DNA of 32,000 bases from Pyrodictium abyssi (GTDB lineage Archaea; Thermoproteota; Thermoprotei_A; Sulfolobales; Pyrodictiaceae). Positions 17,366 through 25,504 of this stretch are shown here, one piece after another. The stretch is taken from the NCBI RefSeq assembly GCF_036323395.1, contig NZ_AP028907.1, positions 570,001-602,000 on the forward strand. The letters are read 5' to 3'. How positions within the stretch are numbered: position 1 is the first letter of the stretch; each line of letters opens with the position of its first letter. Position numbers and translations under genes: made by a program. The notes under the pieces are model-generated. The model saw only the letters and a list, made by a program, of their open reading frames with translations. It made no database searches and had not been told where the DNA came from.

Positions 17366-17493
17366 TAGGTTGTATATAGCGAGAATCCCAGTATCTCAGC
17401 AAAGACTAGACTACATCCTACTTCAACGCTGAGAAGACCGGGCTACAGAGCCACCAGCTACAACAGAATACAGCAAGCACACTATAATGCCAC

Positions 17494-17524
17494 ATAGCAA
17501 CGATAGCAAATTAATAGCAAATTA
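17494..17524. repeat. short tandem direct repeat ATAGCAA / ATAGCAAATTA x2 in an AT-rich intergenic region
   Basis: The sequence reads ATAGCAA-CG-ATAGCAAATTA-ATAGCAAATTA. It lies between the stop of 17579..18253 and the start of the ATPase pseudogene. Confidence 0.6.
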
Positions 17525-17578
17525 CTATGTTTATCCTAGTGCCCCTTCTGCCGGGTAGTCCCGATTCTTGCCTATGCT

Positions 17579-18253
17579 CTAGGCTTGGCGGGCTATAATG
17601 CTTCTTATGAGCTGCTGGTAGCGTCTCGCGGCAGGTGTGTCGGCTAGGTCGAGCTTGTCTAGCGCCGCTCTAACGTCTATGCCGCAGTGGCGTTCTGCCG
17701 GGACGAGTACTGGTGTCCCGCCTCCCCCGGCGCAGGCTGCTAGGAAGAGGACTGGCTCGTACTTGGCGTAGTCGCGGGAGCAGCGGCTGCTGGGGCAGCG
17801 GCTGCATGCCTGCGGCGCCTCTGCCGGCTCGTAGCTGTACTTCTCCTCGAGCATCTCCCCTAGCACGTCCTCTACTGTGCCGCGGCAGGGGCTGCCGCTG
17901 CACCAGAACGATATGTAGCTGGTCCTCCGCGCCCCCTGGCTCACAACCGTTACCTCGAGGAGCGGGGGCGGCTGCGGGCCGCGCTTCAGCCTGGTCTCGA
18001 CGGCTAGTCCTCGCCTCTTCGCGTGCCTCTCCAGCACCCTGATGACCTCTTGCACCCGCTTGTCGACGCCTGCGTCGGCGTCGATAATGCCTAGTATCGT
18101 TGCCCGGGAAGCAGCTAGCCCCACCGTCTGCCTCACCACGCCCGTCCATCCCCCGGCTAGCTCGGCCTCGGCGTCTACGCCAGCCTTGCCCGCGAGCCAC
18201 TCGGCTAGAGCAGCGTCGAGGCAGCCCTCGACCAGGATGCGGAGCCTCGCCAT
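17579..18253 (-). CDS. Toprim-like (DUF4276/RloB/AriB-like) protein with a Cys-rich insert, partner of the upstream ATPase
   Basis: ATG 18253 lies 22 nt after the ATPase stop and follows a GGGAGGG box. RILVEGCLD is followed about 50 aa later by IIDADAG (Glu + DxD, the Toprim arrangement). Cys motifs are CSGSPC and CSRCPSSRC. Confidence 0.65.
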   Translation of the reverse strand: MARLRILVEGCLDAALAEWLAGKAGVDAEAELAGGWTGVVRQTVGLAASRATILGIIDADAGVDKRVQEVIRVLERHAKRRGLAVETRLKRGPQPPPLLEVTVVSQGARRTSYISFWCSGSPCRGTVEDVLGEMLEEKYSYEPAEAPQACSRCPSSRCSRDYAKYEPVLFLAACAGGGGTPVLVPAERHCGIDVRAALDKLDLADTPAARRYQQLIRSIIARQA

Positions 18254-18275
18254 ATCCCGGGGGCCCTCCCAGGGG

Positions 18276-19394
18276 CTAGAGGAGCGTGTAGCTCAGCCTC
18301 ACATCCCTGCTACCCGCTATATGGCTCAGCGCCTCGCACCCCGCCAGCCTCATGGAGCGGAGGCTGTCCCCGTCGCGGTCCAGCACCACCAGGGCTAGGA
18401 GGCGCTCGAGCTCATCCTCGCTGTCGGGCTCGGTGCATGCACGGCGCGACTCCTCCAGCAGCCGTGCCGGGCTCCTCCAGGCAGCACGGTCCCGGGTCAC
18501 CAGCGCGGCCGCGAGCATCCTGGCAGCCTCCAGGCTCTGCGTCGTGATGACGAACTGCTTCCCCCTCCTCGCCGCCTCGGCAGTCCTAGCGGCGATGGCC
18601 TCGAGTAGCTCGGGGTGCATTGCGGACTCTATCTCGTCCACGAGGATTATGTCCGCTAGGCTTAGCAGCAGTAGGTACTGGAGGCCACGCTGAAGACCCC
18701 GGCCAACACTGTAGAAGATAACCTTCCTCGGCCTCTCCTGGCCCGCGTCCTCGACGACGTAGGCGGCCATCTGGTCCCAGTCGTCGCTAGCGAGATCCAC
18801 CTTGAACCTCCTCCCGGCTATCTCGAGCGTAAGCGCCTCTAGGCTCTCCTGCTCCCGCTTCAACCTGCCAATAACCATGTCGAAGAAGTCATACGGTATT
18901 ATACCCGGGGTCAGCACGCCTACGCCGAGCTCCTGGCTAAAACAGTCCCTCCCATCAGCCCTCACGCCTATACCAGCCGGCTCCAGGGTGTAGGTCAGGC
19001 TACACTCCCGCCTAGTCGCCCTAAGCTCCACCTCGACGACGGTAACCAGCTGAGCGCCACGCGACTCCTGGCGAGACTCCCTCGTTATCTCCGTGCAGAC
19101 CTCCTCGCCGCCGAGGGAGACACAGGCCCTCGCCGACGCAGCCCCCGGCGGCACGAGCGAGGCGATTGAGTGCTTCTCGCTGCCACGAGCAGCATACATA
19201 ACCATCAAGTAGTAGTTCGCAAGCTTCACGTCAGCGTAGTTTAGGACGAGGCTCGTAGCCGCAGCCTCAAGGAGACTAGTCTTACCAGCATTATTAGGGC
19301 CGACCACTATGTTGAGCGCGGCACCGAGCTCCACACTATCCCGGAGACCCCGAAAACCATCCAGAGAAACACGCTCAAGCCGCCCAGCAGCCAA
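18276..19394 (-). CDS. ABC/SMC-like (AAA_21/OLD-N-terminal type) ATPase
   Basis: The Walker A is GPNNAGKTSLLEA, followed by ILVDEIESAMHP and FVITTQSLEAA. The preferred start is TTG 19394, 9 nt after GGAGGGTGG (19412-19404), with a TTTATT box at about 19441-19448. The maximal ORF to 19658 adds Pro/Arg/Gly-rich sequence that is unlikely to be coding. Confidence 0.85.
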   Translation of the reverse strand: MAAGRLERVSLDGFRGLRDSVELGAALNIVVGPNNAGKTSLLEAAATSLVLNYADVKLANYYLMVMYAARGSEKHSIASLVPPGAASARACVSLGGEEVCTEITRESRQESRGAQLVTVVEVELRATRRECSLTYTLEPAGIGVRADGRDCFSQELGVGVLTPGIIPYDFFDMVIGRLKREQESLEALTLEIAGRRFKVDLASDDWDQMAAYVVEDAGQERPRKVIFYSVGRGLQRGLQYLLLLSLADIILVDEIESAMHPELLEAIAARTAEAARRGKQFVITTQSLEAARMLAAALVTRDRAAWRSPARLLEESRRACTEPDSEDELERLLALVVLDRDGDSLRSMRLAGCEALSHIAGSRDVRLSYTLL

Positions 19395-19714
19395 GGCTAT
19401 ACGCCACCCTCCCCGATCCCGGACACAGCCATGCAGCCGGAATAAAGCACCCAGCACAGCACTGGGCGGAGCCAACGCCACAGCATGACGGGGCAGGGGC
19501 ACCGCGGCGCCTACACCTAGCAAGCCCGGCCAGGCACCAGGCCCCCGGCGAGGAAGGCGAGAGACCCGTCCCCTAGGCACCTCTAGCCTGCCGGGCGGCA
19601 GCTGCACGCTGCCGGGGCTAGGAGGCCTCTGCACACCCAGGAGCCCCCCGGGCCGCAACCCCTATAGGACGCCCACGGCAGATAGCCGTCGCGGAGGGCC
19701 CGCGGGCCCCAGGC

Positions 19715-19770
19715 GGGTCAGCGTCCTTGCTCGTCTTCACGGGTCTGCGCGGAATCGGCTCATCATCCCC
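19715..19770 (-). ncRNA. C/D-box sRNA (2'-O-methylation guide)
   Basis: The minus strand reads GGGG-AUGAUGA-GCCGAUUCCGCG-CAGA-CCC-GUGAAGA-CGAGCAAGGACG-CUGA-CCC. That is C box, 12-nt guide, D' (one mismatch), 3-nt spacer, C' (one mismatch), 12-nt guide, D box and a GGG/CCC terminal stem. The 56-nt total matches the canonical archaeal architecture. Confidence 0.7.
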
Positions 19771-19778
19771 GCGGGCCC

Positions 19779-20126
19779 TTAGACGAGACAGCGAGTCGTC
19801 GGCCCTGCGCCGCTCCCCGGCGGGACCAGACCCCGTGGTTCTCTAGCCCCGTGGGCCCCGGGCCCGGAGACGCCCGCGGTTACGCAGCAGCGCCCCCAGA
19901 GGCCCGGCGGAAGCCCCGGGGGCACCTGGAGCAGCCGGAAGAGGATGGCAAGGACCCGAAATGAGCCAGGAGAAGAAAACGATAACAAGCACCCACCAGC
20001 TAGGGCAGCCACAGCACGCCAACAGCCAGCTACCAGGCCCAACACCAGCCCCGAGCCAGAAGCAATAAGCCAAGAGAAGCCAGCGAGAACACATAACGAC
20101 AGCCGACATACCTCACAGAAGGCCAT
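19779..20126 (-). CDS. possible small Cys/Trp-rich hydrophobic protein (low confidence)
   Basis: The ATG is at 20126. The product begins MAFCEVCRLSLCVLAGFSWLIASGSGLVLGLVAGCW. The second half is GC-rich and low complexity. The strand is strongly G/T-skewed, so the ORF may be compositional. Confidence 0.25.
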   Translation of the reverse strand: MAFCEVCRLSLCVLAGFSWLIASGSGLVLGLVAGCWRAVAALAGGCLLSFSSPGSFRVLAILFRLLQVPPGLPPGLWGRCCVTAGVSGPGAHGAREPRGLVPPGSGAGPTTRCLV

Positions 20127-20153
20127 GCCGAAGCTATCTACGAGCCCGGAGGA

Positions 20154-20486
20154 CTAGGTAGGTAGAGCCTCCTGCCCGGCCGGAACCTCTCTCCGAGCGG
20201 TCTCGTCTCCGCCTCCAGGCCGTGCTCCCTGGCTAGCCCCGCGAGGGCCCCGGTGGACCGGTATGTATGCTCCGCCGAGGATGCTGTCCCCGATGGCGCC
20301 CCGTGCCTGCCACTCTAGCCTCTCTGCTAGCAGGCTGAGGTGTCTCTCCATTGCGTGGAAGTACTGGAGAAGGAAGCGGCGGTAGCCACGGGCTCTGCTC
20401 CCCCGTATCCTAGTGGCTAACTCGCGGAGCCAGGGGTGCCGTGTCTCCTGTTTCCAGGCGCGGGCTGCGGCCTCGCATGCCGGCAC
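20154..20486 (-). CDS. hypothetical protein (low confidence)
   Basis: This 110-codon ORF has a central part that is protein-like (WLRELATRIRG..FLLQYFHAMERHLSLLAERLEWQ). I recognise no motif. Confidence 0.3.
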   Translation of the reverse strand: MPACEAAARAWKQETRHPWLRELATRIRGSRARGYRRFLLQYFHAMERHLSLLAERLEWQARGAIGDSILGGAYIPVHRGPRGASQGARPGGGDETARREVPAGQEALPT

Positions 20487-20884
20487 CTGTATGCCTCAGA
20501 GCCGGCCGAGGTCCTCGCTGCTGTGGGCGAGGCCGGCCCAGAGCAGGCTCGAGCACTGTGTGCCCCGCGTAGCCGGGTTGATAGCGAAAGGGCAGACTCA
20601 TTAGTAGCCCACGAATGAATACGCCCTTAGGATAGCCGCTGCTAACGTGCTTTGATGAAATCTGCGAGAGGCTGGTAGGCTTGTAGCGATGCTAGACTCC
20701 TATACAGCTATGGTTTGTGTTATTGCTGTGTAGAGAGCTGTTGCTTTCCGTGAAGCAGCTCTAGTATTCTTTTCATTATCTTATCCGAGTTCTTGCTCTT
20801 TGGTATGCGTATTACGGCGTACTGTGTTGCGATTACTATTTCAGTCTCTTCTGTTGTAGCTGGCAACACTGGCCCGTAGCTTAT

Positions 20885-22861
20885 GTGTCCAGGAGTCTCT
20901 CGCGGCGATACTGGGTGCCGGGTGTTACTATTTTGGCTGGGGACGCGCCCAGTATAGGCCAGCTGCTATCCATATGCGGCGGGGAAGAGTACAAGGGCAC
21001 TATGCTTTGTAGGCTTATCAACGCCTATGCTGCGGGCGACCGTGGCGCAGCTGTCAGTCTTGCTCGTGACCTGTTCGGGCTTGTTAGGGAGCTTAGCGGT
21101 GCCGGGAGGGGTGGCGGGCCGCGTATTCTCGTTTCTGTTGGGCCTTCGAGGCACTGGCGCGATTCCTTCATGTATGCTGCTAGGCATGGCCTTGTGCCGT
21201 GGGCCTGTGGGTTTACCCTAGAGGACTCTGTTCTCGAATCCTCTAGGAGCGGTGGCCCGCATTATCGTGCCCTCTTGGATGCTCTTGCGAGGGGCTTCTT
21301 GGAGAGGGATGGCGTGTTTGAGGCTGTGCCGCCGATAATCCTGTATTATTCGAGTGGTGTTAGTGTTATTGGGTTTGGGCTTGTCGTCTGGGCTGACGTG
21401 TCTCCTTTGAGGGCTAGGCTATGGTCTGAAGAGCGTTGTCCGCCGAGCGGCAAGGGCACGTGCTATACCGTGAGATGGTATACGTTGCCTATTGCTCTGG
21501 GCTGTAGGGCTGTCGGCGAGCGGGGGGTTGTCGAGCCTGGTAGAGAGTGTGCTCTGGGCGGGATAGAGGCTGGTTATGCCAGGAACTGTGCTCAGAGTGT
21601 CTCCCGGGATGTTTACCCGCGTCTTGTTGAGGCGTTGCTGCGTGCCGTTGATGGCGGGGCTGGTGCTGAGAGGGTGGGGTATGCTGTTGAGCTGGTCTCC
21701 TCCGCGCTGGGGGAGGCGGGGCCTCCGCGGCCTAGCCGCCTGGACGCGTACCTGGGGGCTGGGCCCTCTGGCGTTGTGGCGGAGAGGGGCTGGAGGGAGG
21801 TCCTAGAGGACCCGGGCACCGTGGAGAGGATTGTCAGGGAGATACATGGTAGGGGTGTCTTCCTCCCGGAGCAGCTTGTCAGGGTTATCGTGTTCCTGGT
21901 CGCGAATGGTAATGTGCTGCTTGCTGGGCCTCCGGGGTACGGTAAGACCCTGCTTGCGAGGGTTATAGCCGGGGTCACCGGCTCGGAGCTCGTGCCTGCC
22001 ACGTGTCATGCTGGGTGGACGCGCTCGGAGTTCATCGGGGGCCCGTACCTCCGCCGGGGCGGCGTGGCCTGGAGGTCTGGCTACCTGGTGCGCGCTGTGG
22101 CTAGGGCTCTCCAGGGCCGCCGTGTCCTGCTGTTGCTCGACGAGGTGAACCGGGCTGAGGTGGACAAGGTATTTGGCGAGTTCTTCACGGTGTTCCCGTC
22201 GCCCTCGGCGGAGGAGTGGAGCATCGGAAGCCTCTGCGATATCGTGTGCGGGGAGAGCAGCGAGGAGGAGAGGGACGAGCCCGCTAGGATACTCTGCAGC
22301 GCGTGTGGTGATAGGGAGAGGCTGCAGCGGGTCCGGGATCTCCTGCGTATAGTCGCCACGATGAATACTGTCGACTATGCTACCGTGTTTGGCGTGGGGG
22401 AGGCGTTTGGGAGGCGCTTCTACAAGGTAGAGTTCCTGGCCTCCTCGGACGCCGGGTACATACTAGAGAGTGAAGTGAGGCCCGTGTTCCGCCACGTTGT
22501 GAAGCGCCTCGGCCTGGCCAGCGACAGGCTGAGGGGCCTCGAGGAGGTGCTCGAGAAGCTGGCTAGGTTCGTGGCGGAGCTTCGTAGGGCTAGGGATGAG
22601 GCTGGTGTAGCGGGTATTGTGGTGACGCAGCTCCCGGTAGGCCCGGCCTTCGTCAGGGAGGTGGTGACCGTGGCTGCTCGTATGCTGGCGGCGGGTGTTG
22701 TCGGGGACCCGGTCTGCGCTGTGGCCCGGGCGATAGGGGCGAGTATCCCGGTGACGGTGCTCGTGGAGGAGGAGTCGAGGGAGAGGCTTAGGAGGGCGTT
22801 GGCCGGCGCCTTCGGGGACGCTGTGGAGGAGAAGTGTAGACTCGTGGCTGGTAGGCCTTGA
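20885..22861 (+). CDS. McrB-like AAA+ (AAA_5) NTPase with an unassigned ~330-aa N-terminal region
   Basis: The start is GTG 20885 after an AT-rich region. The Walker A is GPPGYGKT. LLLDEVNRAEVDKVFGEFF matches Walker B plus the McrB-type DEINRA..KIFGEL element. IVATMNTVDYA parallels MNTADRS, and EAFGRRFYKVEF parallels ALRRRF. Confidence 0.87.
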   Translation: MSRSLSRRYWVPGVTILAGDAPSIGQLLSICGGEEYKGTMLCRLINAYAAGDRGAAVSLARDLFGLVRELSGAGRGGGPRILVSVGPSRHWRDSFMYAARHGLVPWACGFTLEDSVLESSRSGGPHYRALLDALARGFLERDGVFEAVPPIILYYSSGVSVIGFGLVVWADVSPLRARLWSEERCPPSGKGTCYTVRWYTLPIALGCRAVGERGVVEPGRECALGGIEAGYARNCAQSVSRDVYPRLVEALLRAVDGGAGAERVGYAVELVSSALGEAGPPRPSRLDAYLGAGPSGVVAERGWREVLEDPGTVERIVREIHGRGVFLPEQLVRVIVFLVANGNVLLAGPPGYGKTLLARVIAGVTGSELVPATCHAGWTRSEFIGGPYLRRGGVAWRSGYLVRAVARALQGRRVLLLLDEVNRAEVDKVFGEFFTVFPSPSAEEWSIGSLCDIVCGESSEEERDEPARILCSACGDRERLQRVRDLLRIVATMNTVDYATVFGVGEAFGRRFYKVEFLASSDAGYILESEVRPVFRHVVKRLGLASDRLRGLEEVLEKLARFVAELRRARDEAGVAGIVVTQLPVGPAFVREVVTVAARMLAAGVVGDPVCAVARAIGASIPVTVLVEEESRERLRRALAGAFGDAVEEKCRLVAGRP

Positions 22862-24228
22862 AGCCGAGGCGGAGGAGAGGGCTGCCGCCGTACACCGACT
22901 ACCTGGTCAGCCGGTGTGCGAGCCTCTACCTCCTCTTCCCGCGTACAAGCCTGTACTCCATGTCGGCTGGTAGGCCCGGGTACGTGGACACGGTGGTATC
23001 GCTGCTAGCGGCCCACTACATCCTGGTCTACGCGGCGAGGGCCGCGAGGAGCCTTGTCGTGGAGATGCACCGTGTGCTGAGCAGCACTGAGGTAGCGGAG
23101 TCTTACAGCCCTGCAGGCTACCTGGACGTGGCTGCGTCGGCCCGGAGCCTCATGAGGCTCGGTCCCCCGGTGTGGAGGCGGGTGAAGCGCGGCCCCGCCC
23201 CCGTCGACCGCCTATGCCTTTGCGGGCTCTTTGCGAGGATACTCTCCGCGGCGGAGAAGCTCAGCGAGAACACCGGCAGGGTCTACGACCACATGAGAAG
23301 CGTTTACGGGGTAGACGTCGAGGGTTCCCGCCCCCTGAGGCGTCTGCGGCGCCGCGCCGAGAGGGCGAGGGAGGACCTGGCGAGGATGGCTCTGCGCGAG
23401 TGCGGCCGCCTAGCCGCTGCGGGGACGAGTGTCTGCCGGGACGCGTTCACCCGGAGGGGCGGGAGGCTGAGCAGGTACTTCAACATCCTCGTGGATATCG
23501 TGGCGTCTCTCGAGAAGGCGGTGGAGGAGGGCAGGGTGGACCTCGACATTAGGGCTCGGGGCGCCGAGGCCGGCCAGGCGGCCCGGAAGCTGGCTCTCCG
23601 GATGGCTGTTGAGCGGCTGTACGAGCTCTACACGCTCTACATAGTCCTACGGGCCCTCTCAAGGCTCGGCGAGGTCCGGAGCGAGGACAGCACTATACTC
23701 GTCGAGTTCGGAAAAGGCATACGCGTATTCTACAATAGCCGCCCGAAGGCCGGAGACAAGCCTCTGAGCAGAGTAGCGCTAGGCGAATCCGACCACCTAG
23801 ACGACGGGGACCTGGAGAGGCTCTCGGGTATACCCGATATAACACTCGTCATAAACAACAGGGTGAAGGTAGTCATAGAGGTCAAGCACAGCTACAACAT
23901 AGGCTACCTGGCGCTCGCCAGGTTCAAGACCATAGCGTACATACACGAGTACGACGCGGACGCAGGGATACTAGTATACCCTGGCCTAAGCCATACACGG
24001 AAGAGAGGACAGGCTCGCGGGATGCTCGACGAGGAGTACGAGGCTACACGGACAGTCCTAGAGAGGGCCGAGACAAGAGGACACGCCACGATAAGACTTA
24101 GGGACAATGCAAGCCTCTACATCATGCCCCTCATCCCCGAGGAGAAGCGAGAACAAGACAACGTAGACAAAATGTACAAAGTCCTAAACAGCATCATACG
24201 AGAAGCAGACGCCTCAGGACTAGCTTAG
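22858..24228 (+). CDS. McrC-like partner with a C-terminal PD-(D/E)xK nuclease motif
   Basis: TTG 22858 overlaps the upstream TGA (TTGA). The product contains LYELYTLYIVLRAL, GIPDITLVINNRVKVVIEVKHS (D..ExK) and GILVYPG. ATG at about 22960 is an alternative start. Confidence 0.78.
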   Translation: MKPRRRRGLPPYTDYLVSRCASLYLLFPRTSLYSMSAGRPGYVDTVVSLLAAHYILVYAARAARSLVVEMHRVLSSTEVAESYSPAGYLDVAASARSLMRLGPPVWRRVKRGPAPVDRLCLCGLFARILSAAEKLSENTGRVYDHMRSVYGVDVEGSRPLRRLRRRAERAREDLARMALRECGRLAAAGTSVCRDAFTRRGGRLSRYFNILVDIVASLEKAVEEGRVDLDIRARGAEAGQAARKLALRMAVERLYELYTLYIVLRALSRLGEVRSEDSTILVEFGKGIRVFYNSRPKAGDKPLSRVALGESDHLDDGDLERLSGIPDITLVINNRVKVVIEVKHSYNIGYLALARFKTIAYIHEYDADAGILVYPGLSHTRKRGQARGMLDEEYEATRTVLERAETRGHATIRLRDNASLYIMPLIPEEKREQDNVDKMYKVLNSIIREADASGLA

Positions 24229-24333
24229 GACCTCGCTAGCTGGATGCTGAAGGTACTCTGCCCAGAGCCAGTTAAGTCATCACCCGTCAGCCACACTATA
24301 GCCTCAGGCGAAGTCTGTTACTTTCTCAGTGTC

Positions 24334-24528
24334 CTAAGTAAGGATCCTAGCTAGCTCGCTAACTAGTTGATTGAAGCCCTCAAGTGGCTTGCTACATTGT
24401 CTCTGGATCTCTTCATAGAGTTTGGGGTCGTTCTCTTCTATAGCGCTGAGGATATCCTCTGCAGGGTTCTGCCGCGACGTTATCAAGGCTTGTACATTGC
24501 CACGTAGACCTTTAAGATAGCTCTTCAA
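24334..24528 (-). CDS. small hypothetical protein
   Basis: The 64-codon ORF starts at TTG and has helical-looking sequence. It lies in the low-GC block. Confidence 0.35.
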   Translation of the reverse strand: MKSYLKGLRGNVQALITSRQNPAEDILSAIEENDPKLYEEIQRQCSKPLEGFNQLVSELARILT

Positions 24529-24649
24529 AGACCAGAGTTAAATAGAGCGAAATAAACCGCACTTATGATTCGCCGAATCACTACTTCATTTAACTTATGT
24601 CTCTCGTTCTTTAACATCCTCATAAAGTATTCTAGGAGCCTACGTGGAT

Positions 24650-24868
24650 TCAGCTCCTCCGGGTCCTGAGTGCTTGCTTGCATACTAGCGCCACCCGTCC
24701 AGCAACGTCGTCAAAGCCTTCGCTGACAAGCTGTTTCTTGACTGTCCTCGAAAGAATCTTCCACTCATCCCAGCCACAGTCTTCAATATAGATTCCGATG
24801 AACTGGGGTTGCCCCGTCTCTAAATCCTCCACAAGATTTATGCTAGTTACCTTAAGTTCTAGGTACAT
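24650..24868 (-). CDS. small hypothetical protein
   Basis: The 72-codon ORF overlaps the stop of 24852..25145 by 17 nt, suggesting operon-like coupling. Confidence 0.45.
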   Translation of the reverse strand: MYLELKVTSINLVEDLETGQPQFIGIYIEDCGWDEWKILSRTVKKQLVSEGFDDVAGRVALVCKQALRTRRS

Positions 24869-25145
24869 TCGTAAGCCATATAATCATGGATGCAAGTTTC
24901 CCTAGGTCTAGGAATCTAAGCCTCTTAATAGCATCTATGACCTCATCAGTTTCAGTGTACCGCTTGAGCGTCGTTAAAACGTCTTCTTTAGACATCCTAA
25001 GCATGTCATATAATTGGCGAATAGTTGGCGTCGCTCTCTGCTCCCTAAGTTTGATATGTAGCCTAGTAGTATTCTCTAGTGTCGTGTCGACAAATACATT
25101 CCTTACCGGGATGCCGAGCTCTATTGGAGGAATGCTAGATAGCAT
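24852..25145 (-). CDS. small hypothetical protein
   Basis: The 97-codon ORF is in the low-GC block. The frame stays open for about 23 codons upstream without a start codon. Confidence 0.45.
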   Translation of the reverse strand: MLSSIPPIELGIPVRNVFVDTTLENTTRLHIKLREQRATPTIRQLYDMLRMSKEDVLTTLKRYTETDEVIDAIKRLRFLDLGKLASMIIWLTNVPRT

Positions 25146-25252
25146 GTACGCTCTATCCCATGACTTTGAAAGCCTTGTTCCCAGGAGCAGAGTCTCGGTG
25201 TTAAAGTAGTCTTTTTACAAGCATCATAGTGCATCACCACACCACCCTATTC

Positions 25253-25504
25253 TCACTTCTTCTCAACGTCTTCTCGTATCTCACCCCAGGTTATCTTAGG
25301 CACCCACCTTACAACATATAGAGGCAGGCCCTGGATAGTCTTAAACAAGGTATTCTTGGAAACCATTATAGGTTCAATCTCAACCCTAATCAAGTACCTC
25401 CCGATTCTCTCGTCGCTATAGACGACCTCCTCGTATGCAGGCGCTTTCTCGACAATATCCACCCTAGTCCAACCCTCACTAACAGTCTTGCCCGGCTCCA
25501 ACAC
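25253..25504 (-). CDS. small hypothetical protein, possibly the 3' part of a frameshifted ~135-aa gene starting at ATG 25658
   Basis: The 83-codon ORF starts at GTG 25504. Upstream in frame it reads FGAEFDVNATGGIAVYPSEGALDEVRDKP without a start codon. Another frame reads MGSIIILRVAVVDVRGSGGGFSF up to a T-run near 25590. Confidence 0.45.
   Translation of the reverse strand: MLEPGKTVSEGWTRVDIVEKAPAYEEVVYSDERIGRYLIRVEIEPIMVSKNTLFKTIQGLPLYVVRWVPKITWGEIREDVEKK

Noticed and set aside
17670-18200. Alternative-frame ORFs 17670..18200 (-) and 17713..18042 (+) inside the Toprim-like gene
   Set aside because: Both are Arg/Gly/Pro-rich shadow frames. The 17579..18253 frame carries the VEG / DxD motifs and a ribosome-binding box.
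19395-19658. N-terminal 88 codons of ORF 18276..19658
   Set aside because: The sequence is Pro/Gly/Arg-rich with no start context. A TATA-like box and GGAGGGTGG precede TTG 19394, which begins the conserved ATPase N-terminus.
19659-20640. A GC-rich, palindrome-rich non-coding stretch considered as RNase P RNA or SRP RNA
   Set aside because: I could not find the conserved RNase P CR-I/CR-V elements (GAGGAAAGUCC, ACAGAAxxCGGCUUA-type) or an SRP helix-8 GGAA/AGCA arrangement on either strand. Only the C/D sRNA is supported.
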